64,000 bases of DNA from an uncultured Desulfatitalea sp. (GTDB lineage: Bacteria > Desulfobacterota > Desulfobacteria > Desulfobacterales > Desulfosarcinaceae). The stretch covers positions 768,001-832,000 of the forward strand of contig CAXXMB010000002.1 in the NCBI GenBank assembly GCA_963668675.2, written 5' to 3'. Position 1 is the first letter of the stretch. Each line of letters begins with the position of its first letter. Under the pieces are notes generated by a model, which did not search any database, was not told the origin of the DNA, and saw only the letters and a list, made by a program, of their open reading frames with translations. Positions 58,964 to 64,000 of the stretch are shown piece after piece. The translations under genes and the position numbers were made by a program.

Positions 58964-60451
58964 ATGCCGGCACACCCATCTGTAGAAAGAGCCGCACTGC
59001 CACTGGTTGTGAAAATCAGGCAATGCATTGACCATCATGGCATGCTTTCAAACGGAGACCGCGTGCTGGCAGGTGTGTCCGGCGGCCCCGACTCGGTCAC
59101 CCTGATTCACGTTCTGGCCGAACTGGCCGAACCCCTCGGTATCGAACTGGGGATTGCCCATTTCGACCACGGCCTGCGGCCCGAAAGCGCCCCCCGGGAG
59201 GCCGAATGGGTCAAACAGCTTGCCGTTAAACTCGGCGTGCCATTCTACCTGGGAAGCCTGACGAAAAGCTGCAACCGCGGTTCACTCGAAGCGTGGCTTC
59301 GGCAGCAGCGCTATCAATTCCTCGAACGCACTGCCAAGCGCGAGGGTTTTTCAAAAATCGCCGTGGGCCATCAGGCCAATGACAACGCAGAGGCAGTTCT
59401 CATGCATCTTTTGAGGGGAAGCGGCGTAAGGGGAATCTCCGGGATTCCCCCGGTAAGGGGTAATCTGATCATCAGGCCCCTAATCGGAGTGTACCGAACT
59501 GAAATAGTCGATCATCTCAAAGGGCTTGGCACTGCCTGGCTGAACGATCCGTCCAATGAAGATGTGACGTTTGAGCGCAACCGGATCAGACATCGATTGA
59601 TCCCCATGCTTGAGCGTGAGTACAACGCCAACCTGGTCCAAATCCTCAACCGGACAGCCGACCTCTGCTTCGAGGAGGACCGCTGGATCGACAAACAGCT
59701 GTCGCCGACGCTCGAGGCGTCCATCCTCTCGATCGATGCGAAAAAAATGGAGCTGGCAATTGAACTTCTGGCAGAAATCGAACGGCCGGCCCAGCGTCGA
59801 ATCCTTCGAAGTGCGTTACGAAAATGGCAGGGCCACCTTCAACGGCTGACCGCTGCACATGTCGAGCAGATCATTGCGTTGATATCAAAGGGCAGTGTTG
59901 CCCGCGAACGCCACCTGCCGGCCCGCATCAGTGTAAAACGCACGGCCAACAGCTTGATTTTTTCCCACAAGACGGGCAACGCCCGCGGCCGGGCGCCGAT
60001 GGTACCATCACCGGACAAATCTGATTATTGCTATATAATAGGAACGCCAACAGACCTTCCCAAAAGGCTCACCATCCGAGAGGCCAGCCTCCGGCTCACA
60101 TTTACAATGGTGGCGGATGGTGCGCCAGAGAAGGTTCGGTCCGCCGACCGGAACCAGGCGTTTTTTGACCTGGCGCGGCTCGAGTTCCCTCTGACCGTTC
60201 GAAATCCCGAACCGGGGGATCGGATAGCACCATTTGGCATGCAGGGTACCCAGAAGCTTAAAAAGCTGTTTATCGACCGGAAAATCCCCAAAGCCGTGCG
60301 ATGGCAAATGCCTGTTCTGGCATGCGGCAAGACGATTCTCTGGGCGGTGGGGGTTCGCAGAGGCAGGCAGGCCGCAATCGACGGACGCACGGAGCAGATG
60401 ATGCATATCGTGGCCGAACCGCTGAGCAGCCGGCCCGGATCGGTATCGTAA
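58964..60451 (+). CDS. tilS: tRNA(Ile)-lysidine synthase
   Basis: GVSGGPDS, HFDHGLR, DNAE..RGSG, IIRPL, DPSN, RNRIRH; start uncertain (58874-58964). Confidence 0.94.
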   Translation: MPAHPSVERAALPLVVKIRQCIDHHGMLSNGDRVLAGVSGGPDSVTLIHVLAELAEPLGIELGIAHFDHGLRPESAPREAEWVKQLAVKLGVPFYLGSLTKSCNRGSLEAWLRQQRYQFLERTAKREGFSKIAVGHQANDNAEAVLMHLLRGSGVRGISGIPPVRGNLIIRPLIGVYRTEIVDHLKGLGTAWLNDPSNEDVTFERNRIRHRLIPMLEREYNANLVQILNRTADLCFEEDRWIDKQLSPTLEASILSIDAKKMELAIELLAEIERPAQRRILRSALRKWQGHLQRLTAAHVEQIIALISKGSVARERHLPARISVKRTANSLIFSHKTGNARGRAPMVPSPDKSDYCYIIGTPTDLPKRLTIREASLRLTFTMVADGAPEKVRSADRNQAFFDLARLEFPLTVRNPEPGDRIAPFGMQGTQKLKKLFIDRKIPKAVRWQMPVLACGKTILWAVGVRRGRQAAIDGRTEQMMHIVAEPLSSRPGSVS

Positions 60452-60563
60452 CGCAAGAGTGCATAGCCTGAAAACAGATGGATAATAGTTGCGAAATGCC
60501 CGAAAGGGCATTATGGTAGTCATCTCCGGCAACTGACCGAATTAACACTTTAGGAGGTATTTT

Positions 60564-62429
<1,866 letters not shown>

Positions 62430-62484
62430 TCCGCGATCATCGGGATTTGTGAAATCCCCGAAGGGATGACCGCCGAGAGATACT

Positions 62485-63357
62485 ATGAAGAGCTATGCAC
62501 TGCATTGGAACGGGTTCCAACTTGATCTTGGCCGCCGCACGGCAATCATGGGCATCGTCAATGTCACGCCCGACTCCTTTTCAGACGGTGGTCAGTTCTA
62601 CTCGACCGATGCGGCTGTAGCAAGGGCCGAGCGGCTGGTCAATGCCGGTGCCGACATCATCGACATCGGTGGGGAATCCACTCGACCCTATGCGGCGGAA
62701 GTGCCCGAACAGGCGGAGATGGATCGGGTAGTGCCGGTCATCGAACGCCTGGCCCAACGCATCGAAGTCCCCATCTCCATAGATACGACCAAGGCGACCG
62801 TCGCAGATGCAGCCCTGTCCGCAGGCGCATCCATGATCAACGACATCAGCGCCTTGCAGATGGACGATCAAATCGCCGCAGTGGCGGTCAAACACAGAGT
62901 GCCAGTCATTCTGATGCACATGAAGGGGTCTCCCCGCACCATGCAGATCGACCCGGTTTATGACGATCTGATCTCCGAAGTACGAAATTTCCTTAAGGAT
63001 GCAATCGACCGCGCCAAAAAAGCCGGCATCGCCGAGGATAAAATCATCATCGATCCGGGCATCGGCTTCGGCAAGACCATATCGCACAACCTGCAACTGA
63101 TTGAACGGCTATCGGCCCTTGAGTCTCTGAAGGTCCCCATCTTGATCGGGTCGTCCCGAAAAGCCTTTATCCGGAAAATACTGTCCGAAAACAGACCCCA
63201 TGAACTCTCGGCAGACCAACCCGAAGTGGAAACCGGCACCCAGGCCACCATCGCCATGGCCGTCAACAACGGCGCCCATATTGTCCGCGTCCACAATGTG
63301 GCCAACACCAAAGCCATGGTGACCATGCTGGATGCGATCCGCAACGCCTGGGAATAG
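62485..63357 (+). CDS. folP: Dihydropteroate synthase
   Basis: MGIVNVTPDSFSDGG, DIGGESTRP, DPGIGFGK, SRK, VRVH. Confidence 0.97.
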   Translation: MKSYALHWNGFQLDLGRRTAIMGIVNVTPDSFSDGGQFYSTDAAVARAERLVNAGADIIDIGGESTRPYAAEVPEQAEMDRVVPVIERLAQRIEVPISIDTTKATVADAALSAGASMINDISALQMDDQIAAVAVKHRVPVILMHMKGSPRTMQIDPVYDDLISEVRNFLKDAIDRAKKAGIAEDKIIIDPGIGFGKTISHNLQLIERLSALESLKVPILIGSSRKAFIRKILSENRPHELSADQPEVETGTQATIAMAVNNGAHIVRVHNVANTKAMVTMLDAIRNAWE

Positions 63358-63375
63358 GGAAAGGGGACTCGCGCA

Positions 63376-64000
63376 ATGCTTCTGGTCATCGATGTCGGCA
63401 ACACCAACACCGTAATTGGTGTCTTTGATGGTGATGAGCTGATCCAAAACTGGCGCATCCGCACCGAAAGGAACACTACCGAAGACGAATTCAGCGTCCT
63501 GGCAGCCAATCTCTTTGGTCGCAGTTGCATCGATATCACCAAAATCGAAAAAACCGTGGTCTCCTGCGTCGTTCCCCCGATGGTGACGATCCTGGACGCC
63601 TTCGCACGCAAATATCTCAAGCATGCCGCCCATTGGATCGACGCCAAATCCTATCCCGGCATGCCTATTCTCTACAGCAATCCCAACGAAGTGGGTGCCG
63701 ACCGCATCGTAAACGCCGTCGCCGCCTATGACCGGCACCGCACCAGTCTCATCGTGATCGATTTCGGCACCGCCACCACCTTCGACGTCATCACCGAAAA
63801 GGGAGAGTATCTCGGTGGCGCCATCAGCCCCGGCATCGGCATCTCATCCGAAGCGCTCTTTGCCAAAGCCTCCAAACTTCCCCGAGTGGAAATCTTCAGG
63901 CGCCCAACCCGCGTGATCGGCACCGACACCATCACCAGCATCCAATCCGGCATCATCTATGGCTATGCGGCCATGGTGGACGGAATGGTCAACCGCATCT
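63376..64000 (+). CDS. coaX: Type III pantothenate kinase, truncated at the window end
   Basis: Translated by hand: MLLVIDVGNTNT, EVGADR, IDFGTATT, GGAISPG. Confidence 0.95.
   Translation, partial: MLLVIDVGNTNTVIGVFDGDELIQNWRIRTERNTTEDEFSVLAANLFGRSCIDITKIEKTVVSCVVPPMVTILDAFARKYLKHAAHWIDAKSYPGMPILYSNPNEVGADRIVNAVAAYDRHRTSLIVIDFGTATTFDVITEKGEYLGGAISPGIGISSEALFAKASKLPRVEIFRRPTRVIGTDTITSIQSGIIYGYAAMVDGMVNRI

Noticed and set aside
58901..58970. Short duplication (PPDKKTP/PPDKKMP) at the tilS start
   Set aside because: Two degenerate copies only; it affects start-codon choice but suggests no function.

Overview
Chromosomal window from a GC-rich anaerobe; gene content and order suggest a Desulfobacterales-type sulfate reducer (inference). 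1-12.6 kb: partial GAF/HD-GYP protein, then an accessory cluster with a PHP-phosphoesterase/GT4 glycosyltransferase fusion, a radical SAM enzyme, a 1025-aa GH57/GH38-like exported protein, small Cys-rich proteins and gene remnants. Three intergenic regions in this cluster carry 11-bp-phased TGTTAG/CTAACA boxes. 13-42 kb: organic-acid/acyl-CoA catabolism (split ADP-forming acyl-CoA synthetase, MCP, two livKHMGF-type ABC operons each ending in an acyl-CoA ligase, XRE-cupin regulator, adenine deaminase, MaoC, quinone oxidoreductase, fused CoA transferase, PaaI thioesterase, 4-hydroxybutyryl-CoA dehydratase). 42-64 kb: housekeeping (rluD, carD, hppA, pth, rplY, prs, tRNA-Gln, ispE, serA, dnaK-grpE, large Alu-type SRP RNA, tilS-ftsH-folP-coaX). 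Intergenic DNA holds ten CGTC-type REP/MITE-like elements with nested, swappable mini-modules, and three ~190-200 nt hairpins that conserve loop, bulges and T-T mismatches but have unrelated 24-31 bp outer stems. The two strongest leads are this covarying hairpin family and a putative OmpR/PhoB-regulated phosphorus-free glycolipid remodelling module. No transposase, integrase or CRISPR array was seen.
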